Below, one piece after another: positions 44,639 to 53,615 of a stretch of DNA of 64,000 nt. This stretch comes from an uncultured Candidatus Saccharibacteria bacterium (GTDB lineage Bacteria > Patescibacteriota > Minisyncoccia > UBA6257 > 1-14-0-10-44-23): assembly GCA_964549935.1 (NCBI GenBank), contig CAZJVT010000003.1, positions 14,634-78,633 on the forward strand. Direction: 5' to 3'. The translations under genes and the position numbers were made by a program. Within the stretch, counting starts at the first letter, position 1; every line of letters starts with the position of its first letter. The notes below the pieces were generated by a model. The model saw only the letters and a program-made list of their open reading frames with translations, was not told the origin of the DNA and made no database searches.

Positions 44639-47600
44639 CTAGGCCGCCTTCTTCCTGACCGCGTCGATCATCTCGTTCACCAGCATGTCGATGACGCCGG
44701 CTTCTGCCGTGTTGCGGTCTCCGCCGGTCTCCTCGATGTCGTTCAGGCGCCGCGTGATCTCCGGAACGGCGGTCCCCCGCGGGAACCGGTTAGCCAGCAG
44801 CTGGCGGGCGTTCTTGGCGCCGACCCGCGCGGTCAGCCGGCGGCGGAGCTCGGTATCCTCGGCCGTGGTCGAGAAGGCCCAGAGCTCGATCGGGCCGATG
44901 AAATTGTAGAGCAGCTGCTCGTAGATGCCGTCCTTGGTCGAGAGCCGCGCCAGCACCGGGCCGCCATTCGGCCCCGGGCCGGTCAGGTCGCGGCGGATGG
45001 CGTTCTCGGAGGTCCGCGTCAAGCCGAAGGCCCGCACGGCCTCGCCGACGGTGTTCTCGGAGTCCGCGCCGCAGATCCAGACGCCGGATGCCTGGTCGCG
45101 CATCTGGTCGTCGAAATCCTCGAGCAGCTGCGAGATCAGGACGATCTGGATGCCCCATTTCCGGGCCTCGCGCATATCCTGCTTCACCTGGTCGCGGACG
45201 GCGTCGATGCCGCCGGTCCGGTGAAACTCGTCGAAGCAGAGCCGCTTCGGCTCCTCGCGCAGGCTGCGGATACGGGCGAGATGCCAGCCGCGGTAATTGC
45301 CGGCGAACTGCTTGGCGTCGTCCTCGCCGAAGAAGAAGTCGCGGGCAAGGACGTGGCGGGCGAGCATATACATGATGGCGGTCTGGCGCTGCGCGCTCGG
45401 GCCGCCCTTCGGCGCCACCTCGTCGAGGTCGAGCGAGCACACCCGCGCACCGCCGATGTCGAAGCGCGTCGGGTAGGCCAGGACCGGATAGTCGGCCACC
45501 GCGGACGAGATCATCCGCTGGAAGCCCTCGATGATGGTCTCACCGGTCGGGAGCTGCATCCGGCCGTAGATGTCCTCGATGTCGCGGGCGCGGACGGCCG
45601 CGTTCAGGTCGGACAGGAGCGGCAGCGCATGGCGCTGCGCCAGGCTCGCCTCGTGGATGCGGCCCTTGGCGAAGAGCGCGTCGACGACATCCCACCAGTT
45701 GGGCCGGCTCGGGAGCTGGATAGCAAGCGTATCGAGCGCCTCGTCGACCACACGATCCCGGCCTCGATCGTAGGGTGCGGCCGTGACGTCGGAGGCGCGG
45801 TTCTTGAAGGCGGCGTCGATGACCATGCCGACAAGGCCGGTCAGGCCGTCATAGGGCTTCTTCTCGCCGACTGGCGTGCAGAGCAGCGACACCAGGTTGA
45901 CCAGGAAGGCGCGCTCGGCCGGCAGCGGGAAGCGCGACCCGAGCTGGGTGTCGAACGGGTTGATCGCGAATTCAGGCGACATCTTGAGGCGCACATAGAC
46001 GGCCTCGTGCTTGCGCTCGCGGGGCAGGCCCTCCCGGCACAGCGAGACCAGTCCCTCGGACGATCGCCCGATCTCGATGATCCCGATCCGCGGGAGCGTC
46101 GGCGTCGTCGCCTTGCCGGTCTTGGGCGAGAGAATGAAGGCGAGATTCAGCGAGTTCGACAACACCGACTTGCCCTTGCCCGGCGGGGCCACGATCAGGT
46201 CATTCCAGACCGTCTGCAGCGACGAGCCCGGGTGATAGACATAGGGCTTGCCGTCCTGGGAGCGGAAGACCACGGCCCCCTGGTCCCAGGCGGAAGCTGG
46301 TCGACGGAGAGGCAGCAACGAGAACGCTTCGGCGATCGGCGCGGCCGCGGACGGAGCGGTCGAGGCGCAATCCATCGAGAGAGCCGAGGACATGACGCCG
46401 TCGAGCGGGTCGCCGGCGACGGCCGAGACCTGGCAGTTTCCCCAGCTCTCGATCGCGCGCTGCAGGACGGAGACGCGCTTGCGCGCGAGATCGACGTCGC
46501 CGGCAGGCGCCCAGGTCGAGAAGCTCGCGCGGAGGCGGACGATGGTGCGTCCTTCCAGGCTCATCGCCTTCAGCATGTCCATGGCGTTCTTGACGCGACG
46601 GGTGTCCGTCGAGGCCCAGACGAAGATCGAGGCGACGGTTGCGGAGAGCGCGAGCGTCGCAAGCCCGCCGCCTTCGATGAGGAAGCTGGCACGCCAGGGG
46701 ATGCCGTGGCCTTCCGAGAGGCGAGTCAGCAGCTGCTCGAACGGGCGGAGCTCTTCGGGAGCCAGCGTCATGTCGACGCCGCCGAAGATGAGGTCTCCCA
46801 CCCGGATCAGGGTTCGGTCGATCGCTTCGGCGTCCTGCGTCAGGATCTGATGAGAGAGCGTCGGCCACAGCACGTCGGAGACGTCGGGCTTGAAGCCGGC
46901 GGCCTTGCTCAGGCGATCGCCGGCGCCGCGGCTGACCTTCGAAAGCAGGCCGAGGCGGGATCCTTTCCGGGCTCCGGACGATGCCATCTCGAGCGCCTTG
47001 TCGACATCGCCGACCAGGTCGTCCATCAGCCGGGCCGGAACCTTGTCTCCTGGCAGATACGGCCGCCAGCCTGACTCGGCCATGCTCGGGTAGATGGCGC
47101 CGCGGGCGCTGACGAGGGCGTCGTGCGCGTCGAGGACGCGGACCTTGAAGCCAAGGCTGGTCAGGTCGCCGGAGAGACGCTCGACGAAGGACGAATGGCG
47201 CTCCCGCAGCCCGTCGATGGCCCGCAGCATCCACTGCGCATCGGTAGCCAGGGGCGCCTTGGCGGCTTCCGCGGCGGTTCGCTTCGCGGACTCGGAGATC
47301 TCGACCTTGGAGAGCAGGGCCGCGCGGGACCACAGCACCAGGAAGCAGCCTTCCCAGACGGTCTTCGTCGGCAGGATGCGCTGGCGTTCGGCGAAGAGGT
47401 CCTCGAGGTCCAGGCCGGCGTCCCTGGCGGCGCGGCGCGCCAGCTTCAGCGAGGCGCCGACCTCGGACGAGGCCCGCAGCGGGTCGCGCGAGAACCAGAC
47501 CTGGATCGCATGGCCCTTGTTCTCGAGGAAGGGAGATGTGTTGGTGACGAACTTGTCGAAGACCGCGCCCCATTCCTCCTGGTCCAACATCTGGCGCATG

Positions 47601-47746
47601 CCATCGAGGCGGAGCATCGTCACCAGGGACCCGTCCCGGGCGACGAGCGTCCGGGCGTCGTCGGCCGTCTCGATCCGGCAGTAGTCCGCCAGGCTCTGGC
47701 GCGAGAACGACCCCAGAACGGCGGTGAGACGGTCGAGGAGATGCAT
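44639..47746 (-). CDS. icmB: T4BSS ATPase IcmB/DotO (TraU-like)
   Basis: YCRIETAD..LVARDGSLVT, Walker A APPGKGKS, INPFDTQLG, FDEFHRT, REARKW, LWAFSTTAED. Confidence 0.92.
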   Translation of the reverse strand: MHLLDRLTAVLGSFSRQSLADYCRIETADDARTLVARDGSLVTMLRLDGMRQMLDQEEWGAVFDKFVTNTSPFLENKGHAIQVWFSRDPLRASSEVGASLKLARRAARDAGLDLEDLFAERQRILPTKTVWEGCFLVLWSRAALLSKVEISESAKRTAAEAAKAPLATDAQWMLRAIDGLRERHSSFVERLSGDLTSLGFKVRVLDAHDALVSARGAIYPSMAESGWRPYLPGDKVPARLMDDLVGDVDKALEMASSGARKGSRLGLLSKVSRGAGDRLSKAAGFKPDVSDVLWPTLSHQILTQDAEAIDRTLIRVGDLIFGGVDMTLAPEELRPFEQLLTRLSEGHGIPWRASFLIEGGGLATLALSATVASIFVWASTDTRRVKNAMDMLKAMSLEGRTIVRLRASFSTWAPAGDVDLARKRVSVLQRAIESWGNCQVSAVAGDPLDGVMSSALSMDCASTAPSAAAPIAEAFSLLPLRRPASAWDQGAVVFRSQDGKPYVYHPGSSLQTVWNDLIVAPPGKGKSVLSNSLNLAFILSPKTGKATTPTLPRIGIIEIGRSSEGLVSLCREGLPRERKHEAVYVRLKMSPEFAINPFDTQLGSRFPLPAERAFLVNLVSLLCTPVGEKKPYDGLTGLVGMVIDAAFKNRASDVTAAPYDRGRDRVVDEALDTLAIQLPSRPNWWDVVDALFAKGRIHEASLAQRHALPLLSDLNAAVRARDIEDIYGRMQLPTGETIIEGFQRMISSAVADYPVLAYPTRFDIGGARVCSLDLDEVAPKGGPSAQRQTAIMYMLARHVLARDFFFGEDDAKQFAGNYRGWHLARIRSLREEPKRLCFDEFHRTGGIDAVRDQVKQDMREARKWGIQIVLISQLLEDFDDQMRDQASGVWICGADSENTVGEAVRAFGLTRTSENAIRRDLTGPGPNGGPVLARLSTKDGIYEQLLYNFIGPIELWAFSTTAEDTELRRRLTARVGAKNARQLLANRFPRGTAVPEITRRLNDIEETGGDRNTAEAGVIDMLVNEMIDAVRKKAA

Positions 47747-47853
47747 GCCTGTCGCTTTTATCGGATGGTGCGGACAGGATTATTATAACCTCAAGGCTCC
47801 GAGGTTGGAAGGGCTGGTCGGTAGCGGCAGACCGGACGTTGATGGCTGGCGAA

Positions 47854-47882
47854 TTGTCGCTTTCGCCTCAACGCTGTAGGAT
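47854..47882 (+). promoter_or_regulatory. Promoter TTGTCG-N17-TAGGAT, overlapped by inverted repeat CTGTAGG-N5-CCTACAG
   Basis: Read directly; repeat at 47874-47892. Confidence 0.6.
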
Positions 47883-47913
47883 GTTCCTACAGGATAAGAG
47901 TGGCGAGGACGTC

Positions 47914-48297
47914 ATGTCGATGTTCGTGGATCTCAAGGGCAGGCTAAAGACCTACGCGATGGTCGATCCCGTCAAGAAGCTGGTTCTCGCCACCTGCAGC
48001 TATGTCGGTCAGGACTCCGACCGGGTGATGCAGAACCTGAAGAAGGCCGGTCACGAGAACCTGGTGCTTCACAATCTCACCCATCCGAAATGCCCGGACT
48101 GGCTCAGGGAGATGATGCGAGCCGACCCGGATTACTGCCGCGGCCGCATGGACCAGTACGACGCCCGCGCCAGGACGCTCCGGAGCCGGGCGGCAGCCCT
48201 GGTGACGGAAGCCGAGGAGGAGGAAGCAAGAGCCGCGCAATGGCGGGAGCTGGTCGAAGCTGCCTCGAAGCCGAAGGACCCGTCGCCGGGGATGTAG
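47914..48297 (+). CDS. Hypothetical protein; tail PSPGM
   Basis: GAGG RBS; lone plus-strand gene. Confidence 0.72.
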   Translation: MSMFVDLKGRLKTYAMVDPVKKLVLATCSYVGQDSDRVMQNLKKAGHENLVLHNLTHPKCPDWLREMMRADPDYCRGRMDQYDARARTLRSRAAALVTEAEEEEARAAQWRELVEAASKPKDPSPGM

Positions 48298-48304
48298 CGG
48301 CGCG

Positions 48305-49387
48305 CTACTTGACTGCCCGAAGCTTCAAGGTGGGAGCTGGCTTTTGCCGGCCCACCTTCTGATACGGACTCCTTTCATTCATGCTTTGAGCATAAAGGCG
48401 GCGATCGCCAACGCTCTCCAGGCCCTTCCTTCTCCAGACGGTCTCGACGAACTTAGCCGTTACTCGCTCCCCCATGCGGTTCACCGCCGCTGCCGTGAAC
48501 TCGCTGTCGCCCTCGGGGCTAATCGTTGTCTGCAGCAGAATCTTGTCGATGGTGACGTCAGGGTCGCCAGACGCCCACGCCAGCCTTTTCCGGAGAACCG
48601 AAGAAGGCAACAGAGCAGGTTGCCTCGCCTCGCGCTCTGGCGGCGCAACAGAAGGCGGAGGCGATTCAGGCGGGAGTATCAGGAAGGATCTCGATCGCGG
48701 CAGTCGCTGGCTGCGCGGGTTCTTTTTCCCGAACAGATCCAGTCTCGCCTGTTTCACCATCTTGAACCGAGCGCGCTCCTCGAATTTCTGTTTTTTCTTG
48801 AGGAGCCTCGCTGATTGCAAGCTCGATGGAGAGGAGGACAGGTCTTCGGAGAATTCCTGTCGCTCAATCTTTCTGGACAGCGCATATGAGCGGAGGATCT
48901 TCGAAATCCTCCCACTTATCAGCGTCAACCCGAGACCGAGAAGCCGGTCACGGATGTCGGGTATTTCGAGCTGGGGTTCCCGCCAGACGATGGTGAGGAC
49001 AACACGCTCGATCGGGTCTCTGACTTCATCGAAGCCGGGAGGAAGATTCCCAGGCGGGCGAGACTGCAAGTATTCGAGCTGGCGAACTCGATACCGCTCC
49101 ATGGCGCTGGTAAGGGTCTCGAGATGGCCAGCCTCCTTCACATGGTCGAAGAAGCTCGTGGCTATCCGATTTCGGCTCTTCGAGGCCGTCGCGAACGATG
49201 CGATCGCCTCGACGACCTCAATAGGTAGATGTGGCAGAGGCCCTCTGGCGGCATTTTCCATCCGCCAAAGAACTGTCCGTGCCTTTTCTAGAAGCCGCCA
49301 ATACGGTTCGCACTTGGACATACGCGGCGAAGTTACAACACCGTTATTGCGGAATGCGACTCCTTCAGGGAAGGCAGTCGGCGCCAT
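48305..49387 (-). CDS. Protein with two IS481-type HTH-like domains and no DDE domain
   Basis: IERVVL...EP..L..GL..S..I..IL and IDKIL..P..G..V..VWRRKGL..R; start uncertain. Confidence 0.5.
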   Translation of the reverse strand: MAPTAFPEGVAFRNNGVVTSPRMSKCEPYWRLLEKARTVLWRMENAARGPLPHLPIEVVEAIASFATASKSRNRIATSFFDHVKEAGHLETLTSAMERYRVRQLEYLQSRPPGNLPPGFDEVRDPIERVVLTIVWREPQLEIPDIRDRLLGLGLTLISGRISKILRSYALSRKIERQEFSEDLSSSPSSLQSARLLKKKQKFEERARFKMVKQARLDLFGKKNPRSQRLPRSRSFLILPPESPPPSVAPPEREARQPALLPSSVLRKRLAWASGDPDVTIDKILLQTTISPEGDSEFTAAAVNRMGERVTAKFVETVWRRKGLESVGDRRLYAQSMNERSPYQKVGRQKPAPTLKLRAVK

Positions 49388-49417
49388 CGACGGAACGAAG
49401 GTGTCCGGGCACGCATG

Positions 49418-49906
49418 TCACAGGGTAGGACCTGCCTCCGCCGTCGGCATCTTCTTCACCGAGAAATCGAGGTCCTTCGTGAATTCCTGACCGAGCAGAA
49501 TCCGTTCCTGGAAGACAGGGAGCCGCGTGATGTCCCACTCGCCGATGTTGTAGGAAAGCGTGATGTGGGGGCGATAGGTCGGAAAATCGTAGGTTGCTTC
49601 GTGCTCCCGCATGAGCTGCTCGAACCTCGCTTCCAATGTCGGAGCCGAGATCAGCATCACCAAGCACCTGGCGGATGTGATCGCACCCGCAACAGCGAAT
49701 ACCTCGAAGCCCAGGGCGCGCCCTTCGTGGACGAGGCCGGGCTCTGGCCTGAAGTCCGGAAGATGTCGGCGCGAATAGAGCAATGTCGTATGTCGCTTCG
49801 CCGCCGGGACCGGACAAGGAAGCCTCAGCTGCGCTGCGAAGTCCTCGATCTCGCTTCGAGCCGGCTCGATCAGCGAGAGGCCGACATAGGTGCCGCGCTC
49901 AAGCAT
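49418..49906 (-). CDS. acb1: 2H phosphodiesterase, Acb1/T4 gp57B-like anti-CBASS nuclease
   Basis: GTYV, LRLPCPVP..KRHTTLLYSR and ATYDFPTYRPHITLSYNIG (two HxT motifs) match recalled Acb1 family motifs. Confidence 0.8.
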   Translation of the reverse strand: MLERGTYVGLSLIEPARSEIEDFAAQLRLPCPVPAAKRHTTLLYSRRHLPDFRPEPGLVHEGRALGFEVFAVAGAITSARCLVMLISAPTLEARFEQLMREHEATYDFPTYRPHITLSYNIGEWDITRLPVFQERILLGQEFTKDLDFSVKKMPTAEAGPTL

Positions 49907-49909
49907 GGA

Positions 49910-50260
49910 TCAGGCCGCCGCCTTCTCTTCCGGCGACCCTTCCTTCTGTCGCCGCGCCATTCGCTCGGCCGCATGCTCTTTGGCATAGGCCAGGCGCTTG
50001 TCCACGGTCTGCAGGTCCATCCGGCGCCAGAGGCTGTAGACGCCGCCGGCGCTGACGTTCACGCCGCGGATATCGAGCTCGAAGGCGACGCGGCCTGATC
50101 CGTCCCTGGGATGCTCGCAGACATGATCGAGGATGTGGTCGACGATCTCCTTGGCGATCCGCCGCGTACCGCGTTGCGGCGCACCGGCCGCGGCGTCGCA
50201 GGCCGCGGACGGATGTCGATCTACGGCTCCAGCGTCCTCGCTGATCGATCTGTCGGTCAT
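49910..50260 (-). CDS. Stand-alone IS481-type HTH protein
   Basis: EHP..G..RVAFEL..RGV.VS.GGV.SLW.R.DL....RL. Confidence 0.65.
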   Translation of the reverse strand: MTDRSISEDAGAVDRHPSAACDAAAGAPQRGTRRIAKEIVDHILDHVCEHPRDGSGRVAFELDIRGVNVSAGGVYSLWRRMDLQTVDKRLAYAKEHAAERMARRQKEGSPEEKAAA

Positions 50261-50282
50261 CGTTGCCTCTTATCGGTGAGGA

Positions 50283-52073
50283 TCAGGCCGTGACGCGCGT
50301 GCGCTCGGCGACGATCAGCTTCCCATCCGGTCCCCGCACGCGTCGCGTCATGGTGATCTGTTCTCCCGGAGCGGCGCCGAGCACGCTGAAGTCGATCTGC
50401 GGCATGCCGCCCAAATAGGCGCCGCCCTCCGGCTGCGCTTCCTCGAGATCGGCGTCCTCCGCTTCGCCCGCCGGCGCGCCCTCCTCCTCTCCGATGCCTT
50501 CTCCGGCATCGCCGGATCCATAGAGCCTGACGACGACGGCCTGGCCGATCTCGGAGACGCGTTGAGCCGCCTTGCCGGCATCGAGCTCGCCGAGACCGTC
50601 GATATCCCACAGCGAATGTCGCGCGAGATCGCGATCGACAGCGGCGATCGAGCGGATCCAGGCTTCCTGGAGGCCGCGCTTGTCGCCGCCCCAGTCCTCG
50701 GGCGACGGCACCTCCATGTCGCCGGCCTCGAACAGCGTCGTCAGTTGCGGGGTCAGGCCGATCGCGAAGGCATCCTTGAGGAGGCCGGGAATCTCGGCCG
50801 AAGAAACAGAGACCTTCATCGCGCCGATCGAATAGTTGATGACCGTGTAGCCGAGCTCGTGCATGCGCATGGCATCGCGGTACATGGCCAGGCGATCGAT
50901 CATTCTCAGCCAGACGTCGCGGGGGCCGGGCGGCGGCTGTCCCTTGTCGTCGCCGCGGCGGGCACCCTTGCGCATCGACTTGCACGCGGCCAGCCACAGG
51001 CATTCGGCGAAGACGCCAGCCGACCAGGAGGCATGGAGCGCCGGATGATCGAGCGCATCGATGAGCCCGGGAACGAGAACGGACTCGACTTTCTCGAAGC
51101 CCTTGCCGATCCAGGCGCCCTGGATCTCGATCTCGGAGATGCGCGAGAGCTCGAGGGCCTCCGGGAGCGGCGACCAGGTCCGGCGTGCGGGCTTCCGCGT
51201 GCCCGCATCCATCGCGCCCTGGCTGAATCCGAAGACCTGGAGGGTCGCGACCTCGACGCCCGACGGAAGAGAGATGTTCACGATCGCCGGCCGGTTCGTC
51301 GCCTCGAGCCATGCGAGCTGGGCCGTGGCGTCGCCGCCTTCCATCCTCGCCACGGGGACGAATTCCCAGGGCCCGACGGGGAACGACTGCCGCAGCATCG
51401 AGATCGCGTGCGCGAGCCTAGGCCGCCTCAGAACGACTTCGGTCTTGTTCCTCGAGGAGACGAAGCTCGTCCGCGTCCAGAGCTGGCGCGCATTCTCCAG
51501 CGGGAACACCATGTCGGCCGGATAGTCCTCGACCTGGTGGACGAGACGGGCCAGGTCATGGACCAGGGTCGGTGCCGAGATCTGGCGGATCGCCTCGGCC
51601 CGGATCTTCTCCTCCGGCGGGATCGGTCCGTGCAGGCCGCTGCGGCGGCGCCAGGTCGCGTTCGACAGCGCCCGCTTGAAGGCCAGGGCGCAATGGCCCA
51701 TGACGCGGCCGAAGCATTCGGCCAGGACCGCGGTCGCATGCGAGGGATCCTGGTCGTCGAGGCCCCACTCCGAGAGCGCGAACGGAATCGTGACCTTGAG
51801 GAAATCGTTTCGCCGGAAGAAGCCCGACGTCGTCAGGCCGGATGCCAGGAAGCCATGATAGTCGGCGTTGGTCAGCCAGAGCGTGGTGTTGCCGAGCTCG
51901 GCCGGCGTCTCGAAGCGGAACGGCGCATCCTTGACGGCATTCCGTCCGCCCTCGCACGCCCAGCCCGGCCCCGGGGAGCCTCCGTCGAAGAGCACGACGC
52001 CGAAGCGGAGCTCCTGGATGTCCTGCTGCGTATCGGCCGCGGCGGCGGATGCGGTCATGTCGGCGTCCTGCAT
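50283..52073 (-). CDS. Hypothetical protein downstream of icmJ (possible degenerate PolB-like fold)
   Basis: 596 aa; FPVGPW, W..LPE..EL, WLR..DR..M; acidic C-terminus. Confidence 0.7.
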   Translation of the reverse strand: MQDADMTASAAAADTQQDIQELRFGVVLFDGGSPGPGWACEGGRNAVKDAPFRFETPAELGNTTLWLTNADYHGFLASGLTTSGFFRRNDFLKVTIPFALSEWGLDDQDPSHATAVLAECFGRVMGHCALAFKRALSNATWRRRSGLHGPIPPEEKIRAEAIRQISAPTLVHDLARLVHQVEDYPADMVFPLENARQLWTRTSFVSSRNKTEVVLRRPRLAHAISMLRQSFPVGPWEFVPVARMEGGDATAQLAWLEATNRPAIVNISLPSGVEVATLQVFGFSQGAMDAGTRKPARRTWSPLPEALELSRISEIEIQGAWIGKGFEKVESVLVPGLIDALDHPALHASWSAGVFAECLWLAACKSMRKGARRGDDKGQPPPGPRDVWLRMIDRLAMYRDAMRMHELGYTVINYSIGAMKVSVSSAEIPGLLKDAFAIGLTPQLTTLFEAGDMEVPSPEDWGGDKRGLQEAWIRSIAAVDRDLARHSLWDIDGLGELDAGKAAQRVSEIGQAVVVRLYGSGDAGEGIGEEEGAPAGEAEDADLEEAQPEGGAYLGGMPQIDFSVLGAAPGEQITMTRRVRGPDGKLIVAERTRVTA

Positions 52074-52078
52074 GTCTG

Positions 52079-53158
52079 TCACCCTTGCTGGAGCGCCTTG
52101 TCGATGGCCTTCTCGGCCTGGACCAGGACCCGACCCCAGGTCGTCGGCGGGCATCCGCCGAACGGTCCGTTCGGCGAAACCCAGTAGTCGAGGATGTCGG
52201 GGAAGCGATCGCGGCCGTCCCATCCGATCTTCCGGTCGCGATGGACGAGGATGGTGCCGCCAAGGCGGCGCGCACGATCGGAATAGGCTGGCGGATCCAG
52301 GCGAAGGAGGGCCGCGCCGAGGACGTACGGGCTCGCCGTCGCCGCATAGTCGGCGGCGCAAGCCTGCATCCGGCCGATATAGGGGCTGAATCCGGATCCG
52401 GCATCGGGACCGATCAGCGACACCCAGAGCCGGTCCGCGATGTCCGCGAACTGGTCCCGCATGTGGCGGGCGACATGGATGGCGCGAACCAGGTTGTTGA
52501 CCGACGCCTGCGAGACGCCCTTCAGCAGCACCACCACGGCCTCGCCGTTCTCGCCGACCCGGCCCGGGTGGTAGCACCCATGGCACATGAAGCAGACGGT
52601 GGTGAGGTTCTTCGGATCGAAATTCGTATGGTCGTCGTCGAGATTGTGGATCTCCTGATGCTCGAGCGACGTGAAGCCGCAATGAGCGCAGGTGTGCCCG
52701 TCCCGGCGGAAGACCTGCTGGCGGATCTGCTCGATCTCGCGCAGGCGGTTCTTGTCGGCGCTGAGCGACTCGTAGCCGGTCTGCTCGACGTCGCCGATGC
52801 TGTGGCCCGCGTCTCCGAGGCGCCAGGTCGCCGGCGAGGCCGAGATGACGAGGGGAAGAAGCTTGCGGGTCGCGACGGGGAGCCGGGCTGATTGAGAAGC
52901 AGCGCGATCCGCCGGATCCTCGGATGGCTTCGCCTTGTGGACGCCTGGCCGCAGGACCGGAGGGGTCTTGTATTCGCGCGCCTGGTACGGCCTCGAGGAT
53001 TGCTTCTGGCCGTCGAAGACCGGCCGGTCGAAGACAGAGTCTTCAGGCTTGGCATCGGTCGCGTCGCCGGCGGTTCCCGTCCTCGAATGGAATTCGTCCG
53101 GATTGGTCCGGACTCCTTCTCTCGAAGGACGGGAACCGCGGCGAATACGTCCTGCCAT
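52079..53158 (-). CDS. icmJ: T4BSS IcmJ/DotN with disordered N-terminal extension
   Basis: VFRRDGHTCAHCGF..QEIHNLDDDHTN..NL.TVCFMCH, SQASVNNL. Confidence 0.85.
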   Translation of the reverse strand: MAGRIRRGSRPSREGVRTNPDEFHSRTGTAGDATDAKPEDSVFDRPVFDGQKQSSRPYQAREYKTPPVLRPGVHKAKPSEDPADRAASQSARLPVATRKLLPLVISASPATWRLGDAGHSIGDVEQTGYESLSADKNRLREIEQIRQQVFRRDGHTCAHCGFTSLEHQEIHNLDDDHTNFDPKNLTTVCFMCHGCYHPGRVGENGEAVVVLLKGVSQASVNNLVRAIHVARHMRDQFADIADRLWVSLIGPDAGSGFSPYIGRMQACAADYAATASPYVLGAALLRLDPPAYSDRARRLGGTILVHRDRKIGWDGRDRFPDILDYWVSPNGPFGGCPPTTWGRVLVQAEKAIDKALQQG

Positions 53159-53185
53159 GGGATCCTCGATCGACCTTGCGGCGGA

Positions 53186-53578
53186 TCAGCGGACGAACTG
53201 GGAGGCGCCGTTGGTCACGCCGTTGATGTCGCCGAAGATCGACATCACGCCGACGCCGAGGACGGCCGGGACGGCGACGAGGCCGGCGCCGGCCACCAGC
53301 ATGATCGCGGCGGGCTTCAGCGGATTGCGCTGCGAGTCCTCGCCCCACTGCTTCAGCTTGAAGAGGCCGGCCGCCGCGAGGACGATGCCGGCGATCATCG
53401 CGAAGGTGCCGACGAGCGTCGGAAGCTGGGTGATGTCGCTGTTGATTCGGCCGGCGATCTGACCGATCGACTGCGCGGCATCCGCCGGGCTCGAGAGAGC
53501 GATCGCCGTCAGCAGCGCCAGCGCGATCGCGCCGTTGATGCCGAGGCCGGAAAGGAGCTTGCTCCGAAGGGTATTCAT
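53186..53578 (-). CDS. icmD: T4BSS IcmD/DotP-like inner membrane protein
   Basis: SIGQIA..I..AGI..GLFKLKQ..NPL..ML..GA.L..P. Confidence 0.72.
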   Translation of the reverse strand: MNTLRSKLLSGLGINGAIALALLTAIALSSPADAAQSIGQIAGRINSDITQLPTLVGTFAMIAGIVLAAAGLFKLKQWGEDSQRNPLKPAAIMLVAGAGLVAVPAVLGVGVMSIFGDINGVTNGASQFVR

Positions 53579-53615
53579 GATCTGGGGTTCCTTGGTTGGC
53601 AGGATTGAAGGACGT

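Noticed and set aside
45221-47074. 617-aa plus-strand ORF
   Set aside because: Antisense to icmB
48305-50260. Intact IS481 element
   Set aside because: No DDE catalytic domain, terminal inverted repeats or target duplication identified
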